Assembly (NCBI GenBank): GCA_963796105.1 | Contig: CAWCKJ010000008.1 | Location: 138,330-202,329, forward strand | Direction: 5' to 3' | Origin: a candidate division FCPU426 bacterium | Lineage (GTDB): Bacteria; Oederibacteriota; Muellerivitia; Muellerivitales; Muellerivitaceae | Length of the DNA: 64,000 nucleotides | Shown: positions 63,814 to 64,000 of the stretch, one piece after another | Numbering within the stretch: position 1 is the first letter of the stretch | Layout of the letters: each line of letters begins with the position of its first letter | Position numbers and translations under genes: made by a program | Notes under the pieces: model-generated | The model's input: only the letters and a program-made list of their open reading frames with translations | Database searches by the model: none | What the model was told of the DNA's origin: nothing

Positions 63814-64000
63814 ATCGACGCGAATGGAAATGAATTGGCATCCCAAGCAATATAACTATCCTGGGACGCGGTTAACAGACTCGTAGGAATGACAAGCCTC
63901 AATCCCACTCCCCCCACTGTCCCCGACACCCTCACTTTTTCTTATGACGGATATGGCCGTCGTGTGGGAATTGTTGAATCCCACGGTTCAACGGTGCTAA
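63814..64000 (+). pseudogene. Orphan rhs core fragment (runs off the window)
   Basis: IDANGNELASQAI*LSWDAVNRLVG...FSYDGYGRRVGIVESHGSTVL aligns with TDANGNLTNDTDKSYGWDAANRLVQ...MSYDGFGRRVSITEKHGNTVL at 54704-54890. Confidence 0.9.

Noticed and set aside
63502..63855. 117-aa ORF as a real gene
   Set aside because: Runs through the hairpin region; only the last codons are rhs-derived
1..64000. Many antisense and alternate-frame ORFs in the track; tRNA, rRNA and CRISPR
   Set aside because: Shadow ORFs overlap well-supported genes; no tRNA, rRNA or CRISPR array was recognised by eye

Overview
Bacterial chromosomal window in four blocks. (1) 1-10.3 kb: AT-rich S10(end)/spc/alpha ribosomal superoperon from the rpsQ 3' end to rplQ, with secY, adk, map, infA and rpoA. 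(2) 10.4-21.9 kb: IS-dense interval. It holds a decayed IS30 with an IS21 nested in it, two different IS1595 elements, an IS256 scrap and an IS1380, all complete elements with readable target duplications, around a few hypothetical genes. (3) 22-39 kb: housekeeping block with a leader-peptide attenuator, ilvB-ilvN-ilvC-psd-pssA-leuA-leuB, archaeal-type asd, a DUF2723/TPR glycosyltransferase, truA, and menaquinone genes interrupted by a DUF4160/DUF2442 pair. (4) 40-64 kb: accessory locus. A ~2830-aa secreted FN3/6xNHL/2xmalectin protein is split by two tandem IS1595 copies and followed by a signal-peptide/C39-peptidase/RHS protein with a hydrophobic tip and two paralogous 2-TM candidate immunity genes. 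Next comes a GC-rich element: XRE regulator, Toprim-degenerate primase-like ATPase, a 1.1-kb non-coding region with 6-7 dispersed ~30-bp bipartite repeats, two tandem tyrosine recombinases, hicBA, and a hairpin-dense 0.6-kb region. It ends at an orphan rhs core fragment cut by the window edge. The best candidate for an undescribed system is this dual-recombinase element with its repeat array, sitting between rhs core copies. All calls are by eye; no database searches or folding computations were run.
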